Part shown: piece by piece, positions 1 through 12,000 of the stretch
How the letters are laid out: every line of letters begins with the position of its first letter
Numbering within the stretch: position 1 is the first letter of the stretch
Source of the DNA: Sedimentisphaerales bacterium
GTDB lineage: Bacteria; Planctomycetota; Phycisphaerae; Sedimentisphaerales; SM23-30
Reading direction: 5' to 3'
Assembly: GCA_963663965.2 (NCBI GenBank)
Contig: CAXXFK010000040.1
Span: forward strand, 32,001 to 96,000
DNA: 64,000 nt
Notes under the pieces: model-generated
What the model saw: the letters and a program-made list of their open reading frames with translations, nothing else
Database searches by the model: none
What the model was told of the DNA's origin: nothing
Program-made: the position numbers and the translations under genes

Positions 1-630
1 TGATGTAAGGTCGCGGCCATCGGAGTGCGAGTTTCCTTGAGCAATTGCACCGGCTGTTCATCCATGCAGAGCGCCGGAAAATCCGGGTCATACGGCAGGG
101 AATAGACATTCAGGACATCTTCCATGCACGCGACAAATTCACTGTTTTGCGCCGGCGGTATCACCCAGTACTGTATCTTTCGGTTCGTTATTTCATTTTT
201 TTAAGCGTCGTGGCAACGGTGGTGTGACTGATGGATTCTACGATTCCCAATTCCACCGCTTTGTCGGCGATCAAACGCAACGACCAGTTACTGTAACCTT
301 CCGGCGGATCGCTCAGCCTCAGGGCAATGATCTTTGCCTCCTGCTCACCATCCAGCAGCTTGGCGCGAGGCGGCGTGTCACGCTGCTTACCGTTCAATGT
401 GATGTCAAACCCTCTTTCTACCAGCGATTTACGAACTTTTGTTACGGTCCTGAGGCGACACAAGAAAGCTTCGGCGATTTGATTGCATGACCAGTTGGGG
501 CCGTCCCGCATCCGCCTTAAGCAAGATTTGTGCCCGTTTGACTTTTTGCGATTGTACCCTTGAGTTTCGTAACGACTTCAAGCAGTTCTTTCCGCTCTGC
601 GTCAGTGAGACGAACGGTGTACTTTTTCAT
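1..630 (-). CDS. IS630 transposase, partial (HTH orfA plus start of DDE orfB)
   Basis: ATG at 630 (MKKYTVRLTD); HTH region ...PPEGYSNWSLRLIADK; A7 run near 196-202 at the orfA/orfB junction (typical -1 frameshift site); orfB reads EFVACMEDVLNVYSLPYDPDFPALCMDEQP. Additional indels are present. Confidence 0.85.
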
Positions 631-709
631 AACAAACTCCTTAAAACATAGCTTATGGAGTTGTTATCGGATGCAATATTTGCGAATAATTAATTTTTAC
701 GGAGCACTA
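1..709 (-). mobile_element. IS630-family insertion sequence, truncated by the window start
   Basis: The minus-strand end reads TAGTGCTCCGTAAAAATT (TA at 708-709, the IS630-type target), followed by an IS630-type transposase. Confidence 0.8.
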
Positions 710-741
710 CCCATATTCTGGCTTCTCCCACGACCATCTTT

Positions 742-1034
742 CCTCCCCACTTCCAAACAGCATCTCCCATGCGCTGGGCTGTCGCCGTGAGTAATTGGGG
801 AGGATTTTCATCCTGCCCTACAAACAAAAATAATCCTATAATAGTTTATAGCACAAGAGTTTAAAAGATAACGGCGGCCAGAATTGAACCGGCGATCTGG
901 GGCTGTGAATCCCTGGTATGGCAAATGAGTATTAGAACTTCTTCAACAGTCAGGTAAGTGCGTATTGTTTGCCGGATTTTATCAATTCCACAGAAATTGA
1001 CACACATCCTACTCACTCCCCAATCAAAACCAGA
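742..1034. repeat. Junction J1: degenerate arm + tRNA-Met 3' fragment (869-910) + second arm
   Basis: TAACGGCGGCCAGAATTGAACCGGCGATCTGGGGCTGTGAAT matches 49536-49578 with about 5 changes. The flanks align with 17150-17460 (CACAAGAGTTTAAAA; ATTTTATCAATTCyACAGAAAT; CCCCAATCArAACCAGAA). Confidence 0.85.
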
Positions 1035-1097
1035 AACGAGTCTACCCGATATTTGCCAGGAAAAGAGTGCATGCCAAAATACTCGCTTGCTGATCCA

Positions 1098-1430
1098 TCA
1101 AATTATTCTATTCTGGAGAAAAGGCGCTTTCCGGGTGAAAAAGATAACGTAGACTGGCGCATAGCCAGGTAAGTTCAAGATAGTACCTGAGCGCCCTGGG
1201 ATCATGAAGTAAACATCGTTGCAAAATGGAGAAAAATTTCGTTCTTCCAGATCCTCATCATGCAGACGAAGAATCATTTCTCCCCAACCAGATATATTTC
1301 GATTCTTCAAAGTCAGAGTAACTATCTGGCGCATCAGAATTGTCCTGAGGTCTTTGGGAAGTGACATATTCATACCAGATATCATGACATGATTTATTGG
1401 ATTGCGTGCTTCCCTCGCTGATTTTATCAA
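1098..1430 (-). pseudogene. Fragment of a degraded gene of unknown function
   Basis: 110-aa ORF within a longer stretch of broken reading frames (~1050-1700); no recognisable motif. Confidence 0.25.
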
Positions 1431-1830
1431 GTCGTTCTTCCATATCCTTTTCCTGCCAGGAGACCACTTTAGATAACAGGCATATCGAGAATATGCCGGA
1501 TTATAAAAATCGTATTAAAAATATCGCATAAAAACGGCGGATAAGTTTAAAATTAAGGGATATATCTGCCCTGGCCATCGATGTTCTTAATTCCAGGCAG
1601 ACCCAAATCTTATAAAATTCCGTTTCCCTCCGGGCAATTTCAACTATCCTGTCTACTCTAAAATTTCTTTGGCTGGTGTCATTTTAGAATTATCCACCCT
1701 CTTATTATCAGCGCTCTCGGAAATCCCATGCTTTCTTTTATCCCACGATTTTCTTTAGTATTTCCAAAGTCTTCTACCTAGAAATGCCGTCTTTTCATCT
1801 TAAGAGTTCTGTTCAGTTTTGATAAGATAT

Positions 1831-3273
1831 TTACTGTGGCCATTCATAAGCGCCGATATCGGCAGCAGAACCTTGTGGGATGACCGTCCCCTCTATGTCG
1901 ACTTTCAAGCCCAAATTCACTCCCGCATCGATGCAGGGGGACTGGTTATTGATGTGAAAATCATTTTTCACAATATCGAACAACATGGGATCTTTCGCTA
2001 TAGAATGAATTTCTTTATTTAAAGCGGTTTGATACAACCCAAACTGATCCATCGAATATTTTTGAGATGGCGCCAGGATCATAATACCGGAACTCTGATA
2101 CCAGCAGTTGTGATCCATTTGGAGTGCATTAATCGCATCGGCGGACCATCCGGGGGCATAAAAGCCATTGCCCCGTGCTTCATAAAAAATATTGTTGCGG
2201 AGACAGATATCGTGGGCGGCCGCAGGGCTGGAATAAAAACATAAATGACGTCCGCTGGGATCCGGCCGCTGGGGATGACCCCAACCGGATCCGGCATTCA
2301 CGCAGGTGTTATTGTCGAAATAGATGTTATAGGTGAGTGAATTTTCGGGCCGGTTCCAGTATTCAAAAGAATACTCACAATTCCAGATCAGGTTCTGCCG
2401 ATAGGTAATGTTATACTGTTTGACATTCGACGCATTATTCTGATTAGTCAACGCCGCATCGTAGATCTCCCATAGCCGGCAATTTTCCACCAGATGATCG
2501 TGGGCATTCGCCCAGAATTCGATTCCATTACCGTAGCGAACCGGGTGTCCTTCCCGCGGTGGTGAATTGATGCCCGCCCCCGATATAGGAAAGGTCACAC
2601 CGGCGAATAATCAAATGGTGCGTACTACTGCCGCCGAAACCATGCGCGGCTCCGTAGCGCAGCGCCAGATCTTCAAACGTAATATAGCTTTTACCTCCAA
2701 TGTCAATAATATGTTGCTTTAATGCCAGTTCAATGCCGGTGTAAAGCAAGGCTGGGTTTTGAGAACAATACATCTTGACCCGCCTGGATTCCTGATCATA
2801 CCAGTAGTCTCCCGGTTGTTTCAGATCATCCGGTGACCATTTTTTTGACCCCCAACAGATTGCCCCCCATTAAATATAATGTTCCCGACATCTGTTGCAT
2901 ACGAGGAGGTGGTTGACCAGATATGATTCTGTTCGTCCTGCCAGTCCTCCGGTTGATTGGCGCTGACAGATCCAAGCAGTAAAGGTTTTTTCACCCATGC
3001 CATAAGCGCCATAGGTGACAGGACCGGTTTCGCCGCCACTCTGCGGAATCAACTGCCCGCGCCAGGTATCGCCTCGATGGAACCGGATCACATCATTGGG
3101 CTTGAATGATCCGCGATTGACGCGTTCCAGGCTCTGCCACGCGTTTTCAGGAGACAGCCCATTCTGAGTGTCTGAACCATCGCTGGAAACATAATAGACT
3201 TCTGCCATAACCAACTAGGGATAAAAAGAAAAGCGCTAGAATGGCAATCTGCCTGAGCCGGATAAAATGCCAT
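1831..3273 (-). CDS. Secreted right-handed parallel beta-helix protein, frameshifted into several ORFs
   Basis: Consecutive ORFs give a signal peptide, YYVSSDGSDTQNGLSPENAW...FKPNDVIRFHRGDTWRG, beta-helix repeats and a C-terminal DFHINNQSPCIDAG...DIGAYE motif. Confidence 0.75.
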
Positions 3274-5271
3274 GGATCGCCATCTTTGTATTGAAACTTT
3301 TTATTGTGAGCCATATTATTCACCTGAACACTCCGGTTCACCTCCAATGTCGCATCATTTCATCCATATAACATTAATTATCCCCAAACTTATTGCGGGA
3401 TCAAGAGAATTTCTTTTCACTAGAATGACATAATGGCATTATTGAAAATTCGGAGGTGGAATGATCTTCCCGCCAAGCTGTGGCGACATTTTCCTCGCGT
3501 GAATACGTCCCGTAAAACGGAGCATTACCGTCAAGCCAGACATAGATCCGCCGGTTTCTCTGTCATCGTTAAGCTGGGACCTGACCGGAATGAGTATCAT
3601 CTCCCAGTATTTCAATTAATGGACTTTCCGTCGTCGCCGACCGGCCCGGCCGCCGTTGCCAGTTGGTTAATGCTGTTACTGCCCCATTCGAAACCAGCGA
3701 ATGTAGGGCTTTAAGCTTTCGTAGGATTGACTGAATTGTCCCTGGGTTGCGCTCGTCAAGTTGAGTTGACTTTTCCCTTCACCTTCATTGCCATCATGAC
3801 ATCTGACACAATGACGATCCAATACCGGTTGAACCAGTACTGGAAAGCTGAATGGTTTCGATCCCTCCGGCCCGGGTTGGATGCGTGAGGGTTCCTGCTT
3901 CATTGCCAACAGATTTTGCGTGTTCGGCTGCACATCGCCTCGTCCTTTCATGACAGCCGACACAACTTCGGCGCTCCCCCGGTTGCAGATAGGTAATACT
4001 CCGCATCGTTTTGAATGGCTTTACCGGAAGCGTCCACCGCCTGGAAATAGATCGGCTTCCGCGCCGGGACCTGAAAATAGGCCGAGCCGTCCTGCTCCAC
4101 CGGTATCGTTCCCAACAGCATCCGCGCGCTCTCCGCGAAAGCATGACCGATCCTTGGTTGGTTGGCAATGTGATTATGCGTTTTCGGCAACACCTGGTAG
4201 ATCCTCAGTTCCCGAATCGCACGGTCCTCAGGCATCGCGAATAGACTACGGTTCACATCCGCCAAAAATAAATTCACCCTTGTCACCCAGATCGGGGTTC
4301 TGTACCGGGGGATCACCGCAGGTTTCGGACGTGGAACCAGGGGAATCGGGTACATACTTGAAATCCCTGTCTTCCGGTACAGCAGTTCCAGATTCCCAAA
4401 CGGTCGAAATAGTAGATCCCCGTTTCGGTATCCTTTTTCACTCCCGATCCCATTCCCGGTAGCGGATCGAAACTGAACGACACCAGAAAGTAATTTTCCG
4501 ACAGCGGCCATGGACTATGAAAATAACTGTCCGGCCAGCCGGATGCCTCAGGCAAACCGATCTCCGGCGTCAACTCTTCGATGGCATTAAAATCATCCTC
4601 TCCGCTCGTTTCGTCCAGTTTCTCTTTCGCCGGATCGAAGATCACCAGCGCCCCGCCCACATCGGCATGATGCGCCCGGCCACAAACAGAATCCGGTTGG
4701 AACCGGGAATCGCCTTCGGCTGATAGCACGCGTTGATTCGCTGGGTGTAATTCCCGAACAGCACGCTGGGATTCGTACCATCCGGATGACTCACCCAGAG
4801 CCCGTGATAATTCGCGGCCGACCGATCCACGTAGTCCCAGCGGATATACACAATCTGACCATCATTCAGAACCGATGGATGCCATTCGTTGGTTTCGTGT
4901 ACGGAAAGGGTTTGAATAGCCTGCCCCTCCGCATCCATCCGGTGTAATGTGTATGTGGGCAATGGCTCCCAGGGATTATGACACCGCCCGAATCCTCCCC
5001 GACGCGTAGACATAAACGCGACCCCGCCGTCAGGGAGCGGACACGGATCGAAATCATCTTCACACCCTATCGTCAATTGCCGGAGAGCCCCTTCCTCCGT
5101 ATCCATGGCGAAAAGGTGAAAACACTTCCTCTCCGCCGAATAAAAATCGGGTTTTTGCTCTGCTCGTTCTGCAAACGCAAAATAGAGGATTCCCGCATCA
5201 TAGTGTCACCGGGCGGGTTCAAAATCGACCATTGAGGGCGAATCAAAATCGACCACTCTGGGTAAAAAATA

Positions 5272-6022
5272 TCAGTATTTTTCCTTATTGCAAGCCTTAT
5301 TTCTGAGCCGATAGCTTTTGCCGGTAATCTGGATGATTTCGGCGTGGTGCAGGAAGCGGTCCAGGATAGCGCTGGCGCTGGGGACATCACCCAGCAGTTT
5401 GCCCCAGTCTTCCAGGGACGATTGGAAGTCATCACCGTCGAACGCAGTTCATAGCGCCGCATGATCACCCTCAAAGAGATATTCCCCGGATCGTCTGGGC
5501 AACTGCTTCATGCCCATATCGTCAATGATCAGCAGGTCCGGTTTCAGGTACTTGGCCAGCGCTTTTTCCAATCCGCCCAGGGCCTCATCCTGCAGGAAGT
5601 CGCGGACCACATCGAAATACCGAGCGGTACTTGACCACAAATCCGGTTTTTAATGGCCTGATAGCCCAACGCCTGGGCCAGATGACTCTTGCCGGTGCCC
5701 GGCGGCCCCAAGAACAGCACATCGCGCCGTTCGCGCAGGAAACCGGCAGCTGGCCAGATCGTAAATCTGTTTTTGTTTGACGGAGGGATTGAACTGCCAG
5801 TCGAAATCCTCCAGCGTTTTCAGTTCCCGAAAGGCCGCGGTCTTGACCCGCCGCTGGATCTGCCGATCCATGACGCACCAGCAGTTCATCTTGCAGGATC
5901 AATTCCAGGAAGTCCTGGTGAGATAACCGGTTGCCGGCCGCTTCCTGCAGCCGGATCTCCAGCGAGTCGGCCAGTCCGGACAGGCGCAGGCGTTTCAGCG
6001 CGGTTTGGATCGCATCATTCAT
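5272..6022 (-). CDS. istB: IS21 helper ATPase IstB (frameshifted in this sequence)
   Basis: MNDAIQTALKRLRLSG, KTLEDFDWQFNP, Walker A GPPGTGKSHL, YLKPDLLIIDDMG, STVMTSNRP, spread across several frames. Confidence 0.9.
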
Positions 6023-6191
6023 ACGAAGGTCTCCTTGTGATTGAGATAAAATAAAAGGTGCTTCACGCCGGGCTTTGCCATCCATACAGCAAAGAGGCTG
6101 AAAAGAGATAGGGGTGTGTGGGGGAAAGTGTCCCCCACGATCAAAACAGTTTTTCTTCCTTAAAATTAAAACCATGATATACTCCAAGAAC

Positions 6192-7727
6192 TTAACCGTG
6201 AGCCGCCGGAACCGACGGCAGGCATTGATCGTATTCACTCAATGGGCGGATAATGGGATGTTCTTCGATAAAATCAAATTGCGGCTGTTCAATCCCTGTT
6301 CCGCGTTTTAACAGGTCACGCAAAGTCCGCAGGCGAAACGCTCCATGTGTCAGGGCAATCCGGCAGGCCTGGTTAATCGCCGGGTGGTCATACTGCTTGC
6401 TCAGGGACAACAGGCCCATGAGCGCCCGAACGGCCGTGATCCCGCGGAACTCCAGCAGAGCCTCGGCCCAGGCCAGGGTTTCCGGCCCGATGTACCGGAC
6501 TTTGGTCAGTAACCAGGTGGATCCTTTTTCCACCCCCGAGCGTTTGCGTGCGTCGATGTGGCGATCATTGGTCTGGAACTTCCCGGCCTCCACCTGGGCA
6601 TGCGTCGCGATCGATTCCATGCGATGGTTGTAGATCCGTACCACCCGGCCGTCCCAGCGGGCCCAGACCGGATGCCCCAGATACTCCGGTGGCACGGAAT
6701 AGTAGGCTTTGGCGACTTCCACATGGCCGTCGCGATGCACCCGGCGTTGAGACTCTTGGAATGAAGGGAAATGACCGGACGGTAAGGGCAGCAAAGCCGG
6801 CTTGTCGGCCTGGTCAAAGATCTGGCGTACCTGTTGACGCATCGTGCCGTGAATCCGGGTATCGGCCACCCGCACTTCCCAATCCTGTAAAAAACGGTTC
6901 TGTTCGGCCAGCGAACTAAAGATCCGGCCCTTCAAGGCGTTGTCCTGCACATATTTGATTCCGCTTTCCACCTTGCCTTTGTGACGGGGTGTGTAAGGCC
7001 TGGCCGGCAGAATGACCGTCCGGTAATGGACACAAAACGATTGCAGTTTGGGATTCAGTTCCGGATCGTACCAGTCGGCCCGGGTGACCGCTGCCTTCAA
7101 ATTGTCGATAACCAGGGTTTGAGGCACACCCCCAAAATGCCAGAAGGCGTTCTCCAGACAGCGTAGAAAACTCTCGGTGGTCTGGTGGAAGACCGACTCA
7201 CTGTAGGCTTTACGCGAATGACTTAAAACCATGCGGAAGACATAAGTTCTTTTGCGTTTGCCATTGAGCCAGACCGGCGCGCCGGTGCCAAAATCGACTT
7301 GCGCTTCCTGGCCCGGCGGGCATTCCATCCGCCGATAGGGCAAAGGGCGGGTCTGGCCCAGGCGCCGCACAAACCGCTTGACACTGTCATAGCTGCCAGT
7401 GAATCCCTGCTCGCTTTGCAGATCCTGAAAGATCCGTTGTCCGGACAACCCCTGACCGAGTTTGTCGCAGATAATCTGACGATAGGGTTCGCACTGGCTC
7501 TGGCGGCCTGCCGACCCGGGGGGCGAAATGGTCGATTTTGGCCCACCGCCGATCTCGGACCCGGGGGGCACAATGGCCGATTTTGACTGTTCACGCACCA
7601 ATCGGACATAGCGACTGACCGTCTGGCGATGGATCCCCAGTCGGCGAGCCACCTCGCGCTGGGAAAACCCTTGTTCACAAAGAGTTATGATCTTATTCGT
7701 CTGTACCATGCTGATCTGATTGGCCAT
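6192..7727 (-). CDS. istA: IS21 transposase IstA
   Basis: Intact 511 aa; N-terminal HTH, PGQEAQVDFG, FGGVPQTLVIDNLKAAV, PRHKGKVESGIKYV. Confidence 0.95.
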   Translation of the reverse strand: MANQISMVQTNKIITLCEQGFSQREVARRLGIHRQTVSRYVRLVREQSKSAIVPPGSEIGGGPKSTISPPGSAGRQSQCEPYRQIICDKLGQGLSGQRIFQDLQSEQGFTGSYDSVKRFVRRLGQTRPLPYRRMECPPGQEAQVDFGTGAPVWLNGKRKRTYVFRMVLSHSRKAYSESVFHQTTESFLRCLENAFWHFGGVPQTLVIDNLKAAVTRADWYDPELNPKLQSFCVHYRTVILPARPYTPRHKGKVESGIKYVQDNALKGRIFSSLAEQNRFLQDWEVRVADTRIHGTMRQQVRQIFDQADKPALLPLPSGHFPSFQESQRRVHRDGHVEVAKAYYSVPPEYLGHPVWARWDGRVVRIYNHRMESIATHAQVEAGKFQTNDRHIDARKRSGVEKGSTWLLTKVRYIGPETLAWAEALLEFRGITAVRALMGLLSLSKQYDHPAINQACRIALTHGAFRLRTLRDLLKRGTGIEQPQFDFIEEHPIIRPLSEYDQCLPSVPAAHG

Positions 7728-8741
7728 GTCAAGCTCCCGTTTTTAGGTAACTTTAACAGACCAATTAGCCTTTCTTCAACATGGTCGATTTTAAACTGCC
7801 CCCTCGTGGTCGATTTTAACCGCCCCTTGACATCATAGGAGAGCGCCGGCGTGGTGAAATTGCCCCGGGGCAGACGTCCCTGGATCAAATCTCGAATTTC
7901 AAAAGAGTCGCCCGGCTTCTCTAATACATAGATCCCTCCACCGGAAATGTCGCCATAATCATAATAATATCCCAGGTATTCATGGAGCATCTGGCAGATA
8001 AAACGCCGCCGCTGCATGAATACCAGTTTCTTCCCCGCCAACAGCGGATTCCGCAACGCCAGCTTGCGTGTGACCGTCCGAAGCGTAAGATACAATTCGA
8101 GCCGTTGGCCCAGGTCCAGCGTTTCGAGCTTGCCAACCGGTTCCTCCAAGTCTTGCAGCTGCGCCGCCTCCGATTGATAATCGCCAGGGCTTGACAACCT
8201 CCGCAAATCGTGAAGTAAGGCCTGGGTCCGTTGCCATAACTCCTGGATCGCCGCCGGATCATACATCGAACGATTGTTACGCCTTTCCTGTCGGGCCCAA
8301 TCCTCGATGATCACCTGGTCGTAAGACAGTTCCGAATCGTTCGCCTGAACCGGCAGATCGAATAGGATTACTGTCCCCAGAAAAACCAGGAAACTGACCA
8401 CCCATTGACATCGCTTCGAGTTCATCTGATCTTTCCTGTTCAAGCCGTTTGAAACTTACTTCCTGAAACATCTATACCCCTAACCCGGCACAGCCGCAGC
8501 CAAACAGGGCCACAATGGCATCCGCTTCCCTGTCGAGATTTCCTTGCCATTTTGCCCAGGATTTCACTCATAAGAGACTAACAAAAGAAGCATTTCTAAG
8601 TCAAGAAAATTCATTTCCGCAAGTACTTTACCGGCAATTTTCAAAAAACCCGTTTGGGGGCCCTGATATCCCATATATGATTGCTCAAACGAACCGAAAA
8701 GACACATATTTAAACAGGAATATCGGTTTACGATAGATCCG

Positions 8742-8951
8742 AAAACAGACATTAGAACTCCTCTGAAACTCAATATTCACTGTTTGAGAAAGGCCTATGG
8801 CGCCACTCAGGCCAATCATGGTGTCCCTTTTCAGACACTCCAAAAAATGATGGGGCATAGTTCGATAGTCACGACTATGCAATATTACCTTAAAAGTAGT
8901 CCAGAGCAGGAAGAAAAGGCAAAAAGGGTGATGGAGAAGGTCATGGGGTAG
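8742..8951 (+). pseudogene. Junction J2: 3' fragment of a tyrosine integrase
   Basis: Translates to KLNIHCLRKAYGATQANHGVPFQTLQKMMGHSSIVTTMQYY...VMG* (HxxR, GH and catalytic Y); 12 differences in 210 bp versus 47307-47516. Confidence 0.9.
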
Positions 8952-9004
8952 GGGGGAAAATGAGCTGATGATCTTGATATTCCCAAATTACCTATCTAAC
9001 AAAA

Positions 9005-12000
9005 CTATTCAACACCCACTAGCCAATATTCTGCTACTGGTACGAAATCCATTATATTGACTATGCTATCGCCTGCCGGATACGGGATAATATCACCCGA
9101 AGGGATGCCGGGAGTTTGTAGCCACTGACTCATTAGAGTGATTAAGTCCGCAAACTCTACCCGGCAGTCACAATCAATATCACCTGATACAAATGAATAT
9201 CCAGAATTAAAACCACAGGCGGTATAAGCTTGGGTTTGATGGACATTTTCATAAATTGACAAATAGCCACTGCTTTTTTCATTTGTCTGTCGGATTGCAA
9301 CATAACCAAGATAATAAGGCCCATCGATACCATTATCAGCAATTAGACTCCCATCATATTCAAATGATATTACAGATATTCCCTGAACAAGCTGAGTATC
9401 AAACGGAATTGCTTGAATAACATTTCCATTGCTACCATACAATCCTGCACATATTTCATAACTACCAGAATCTTGTGTATCAATTTCCACATCGATCATT
9501 AATTTACTCATCGGGCAATGGTTTCCAGTATATGCCACATAATCCATGTAGTTTCCTGTCAACCTGGTTGGTGGTCGTTCAAACATTTCAGCCATATAAG
9601 CATTCATCGTATAATCTGTTGAAGTAACATAATTATCTTCTGAATCATACAATGTTATTGATGCCGTGTAAGAGCCGTTTATACCATTCTCTCGGATATA
9701 TCGTCCGTCAAATAAAACTTTAATTGAATTGGAATTCAGGGAGGACAATTTTCCGTTTTCCGTCAAAAACGGAGATGCATTGGGATCAATACTCAACGAT
9801 ACTACTGCGAAATACTCATCTTGCTCATACACATTCAAGCCAATATCAACCGCTAACCAGTCATACAAACCATCACAATTATCATCGATTCCATATTCAG
9901 TAATTGCTATCAATCTCAACGGCATTTCTCCGAAATCGTTATGATTGATAATTGATGTATTGAATTGAACATAGTCAAGCCGAATATTATTAACATCAAC
10001 TAACTCCAAGTAGACATTATATGTCCCATCATATCCGCTCCGAAATATGTCTTCGCCGCTGAATATTACAGTAGTAGTACTAGGATTTGTTCCAGAAAGA
10101 AATATTTTATCTGAAAGATATGATACATCACCCATACTTTTTCGGTCTGTTATAAATTCCGAATTGTATTTTAGATGACCCATAATATAGAAATCACCTG
10201 ATAAGCCATCAATATTTACATTTATTGCTAACGATTCAAATACTCCATCATTGTCCCCATCATTTCCGTATGCGGTAGGAATATCTGTAAAACTTGGCAT
10301 TGCTTCTTTATTTGTATTAGCAGTTATTGAATTGTCTAAATAATGAATATCATTGTCTAATATAATGCACTTAGCATGACCAAGGGGTGAATAATGAACA
10401 GGTTTATATATGTTTTGTGGAACAAAAGCCTCATCTGACTCAATATTAACTAGAAAGCTTTCTTGTTTTTCTGATTCGATATCACCCTTAATCTCAATTT
10501 CAACTGGTTGACTTTTCTGGCCCTTGTTAAATAAAAGGACTATACTTTTCTCAATATAATCAAAACCAGGTTCAGCTTCCCCTGGTATTGATACTGTATA
10601 ACATCTTACATTGATTGGATATTGTGCTGGCCTTGAAAGCGTAACATTAAAAATTGCTTTCGTAATTCCAGAGTCGCCTTCATTAATTTCAACTATTGCA
10701 CTATTATTTATTGGATTTCCAATAAAAACAGACATGGGCTCAAATTGTGTTATACCATTCAAATAAGTATCATTTATCGGGCCACAATAAATGTCATTAT
10801 TATTAACTGTCGTATGATATATAATACCATAAGTATCCACATATAATCTATCAACACTGTCCCACATTAAATCATTCAATAATCGCACATAATAGTCCCC
10901 AACCCAATATTCATAAAATTGTGTAAAAGTTGGGTCATACCATATGACCCGCAAACCATCGCTAAAATAACATAAAGCATGATATTTAAAATACCAACGA
11001 TCCCTAATACCATCAGTATGCTTCCGAGAAAATGCATTGCCGCCTTCATGCCCACCAATTGGAACCATATCAAATACTTGAGTAATGAATGACCCACTTT
11101 CATCGCCAGGCTTTATTATATTTTTAAGTGGTACCGTCGTATACTCTACTTTTATTCCTAATGTGGTGGCTAATTTTTCAAATGCACGAGCAAAACTTTC
11201 ACAATTCCCATATGGGAGTTTATTAGGATCAATATAATTGCTGGTGTAGAAGAGTAAGTCTCCCCAATTCATAACCTTAAATTGAGAGTAAATCCAATTC
11301 TGTCTCCTGAAACTTGCCATAAATTTATTGAGAATAGCTGGAGCATCAGCCGCCCTTTCTCCTTGTGCTAACTCCACGGCTTTTTTTAGATACTTTTCTT
11401 CAGGAGGGATATTGGATTCTTTTAATATCTTATCGGAATGAATGACAAACAAAGGAAATTCTGCAGGTGGTTCAGGTGATTTAATCTTAAGACCTTTTGA
11501 ATCCCAGAACCTAAACTTTAATCTCAGTATATATTGACCAATTTTCAGATTTCTGTCGTTAGAATCTAAAACAAATCGATTATTTTTTACCGGAATATTT
11601 TTAGCTTCAGCAATTACAGTACCATTGTCTATTATTTCCCAATCGACTTTACATGTCTCATACTCAATATTATTTGGTTTTATATCTATGGTATATATAG
11701 TACCCGGCATTGTATAATACTTATTAGCAGTTGAACCGTTGCCGGATATTTTATTTTCCTTATGAATAGCAGTAATATCTACGTTGTATTCCCCATCCGC
11801 CACAGGATAAAATACATCTGGATGCACTTCGCTCCATATTACATTCGGGATCCCTTGAATCGGGACATTTTCACTAACACTGATTTCTGTAACACGAATG
11901 GTATCAAGAGTACACTTTGCGCAATCTCCCCCCAGTGAATCAATATATAAATACCGTATCCAGTAAAGACTACACGCGCTGTCGCAAATCTGCACCCGTA

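Larger units (their letters stand above)
5204..7832 (-). mobile_element. Complete IS21-family element (2629 bp)
   Basis: TGTCA...TGACA termini, doubled AAAATCGACCA repeats inside both ends, 6-bp TSD TCATAG (5198-5203 and 7833-7838), and istA-istB. Confidence 0.95.
3439..8443 (-). pseudogene. HzsA-related (hydrazine synthase alpha middle domain-like) propeller/cytochrome c protein, interrupted by IS21 and frameshifted
   Basis: Removing 5204-7832 and one TSD copy restores ...TTPALSYD|AGILYFAFAE...; later motifs are DDFDPCPLPDGGVAFMSTRR, YIRWDYVDR, LGTIPVEQDGSAYFQVPARKPIYFQAVD, and CxxCH motifs SCVGCHE and HCVRCHD. Confidence 0.8.

Noticed and set aside
3439..8443. Evidence for anammox metabolism
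   Set aside because: HzsA-related domains are widespread outside anammox bacteria, and no hzsB/C or hdh neighbours are present.
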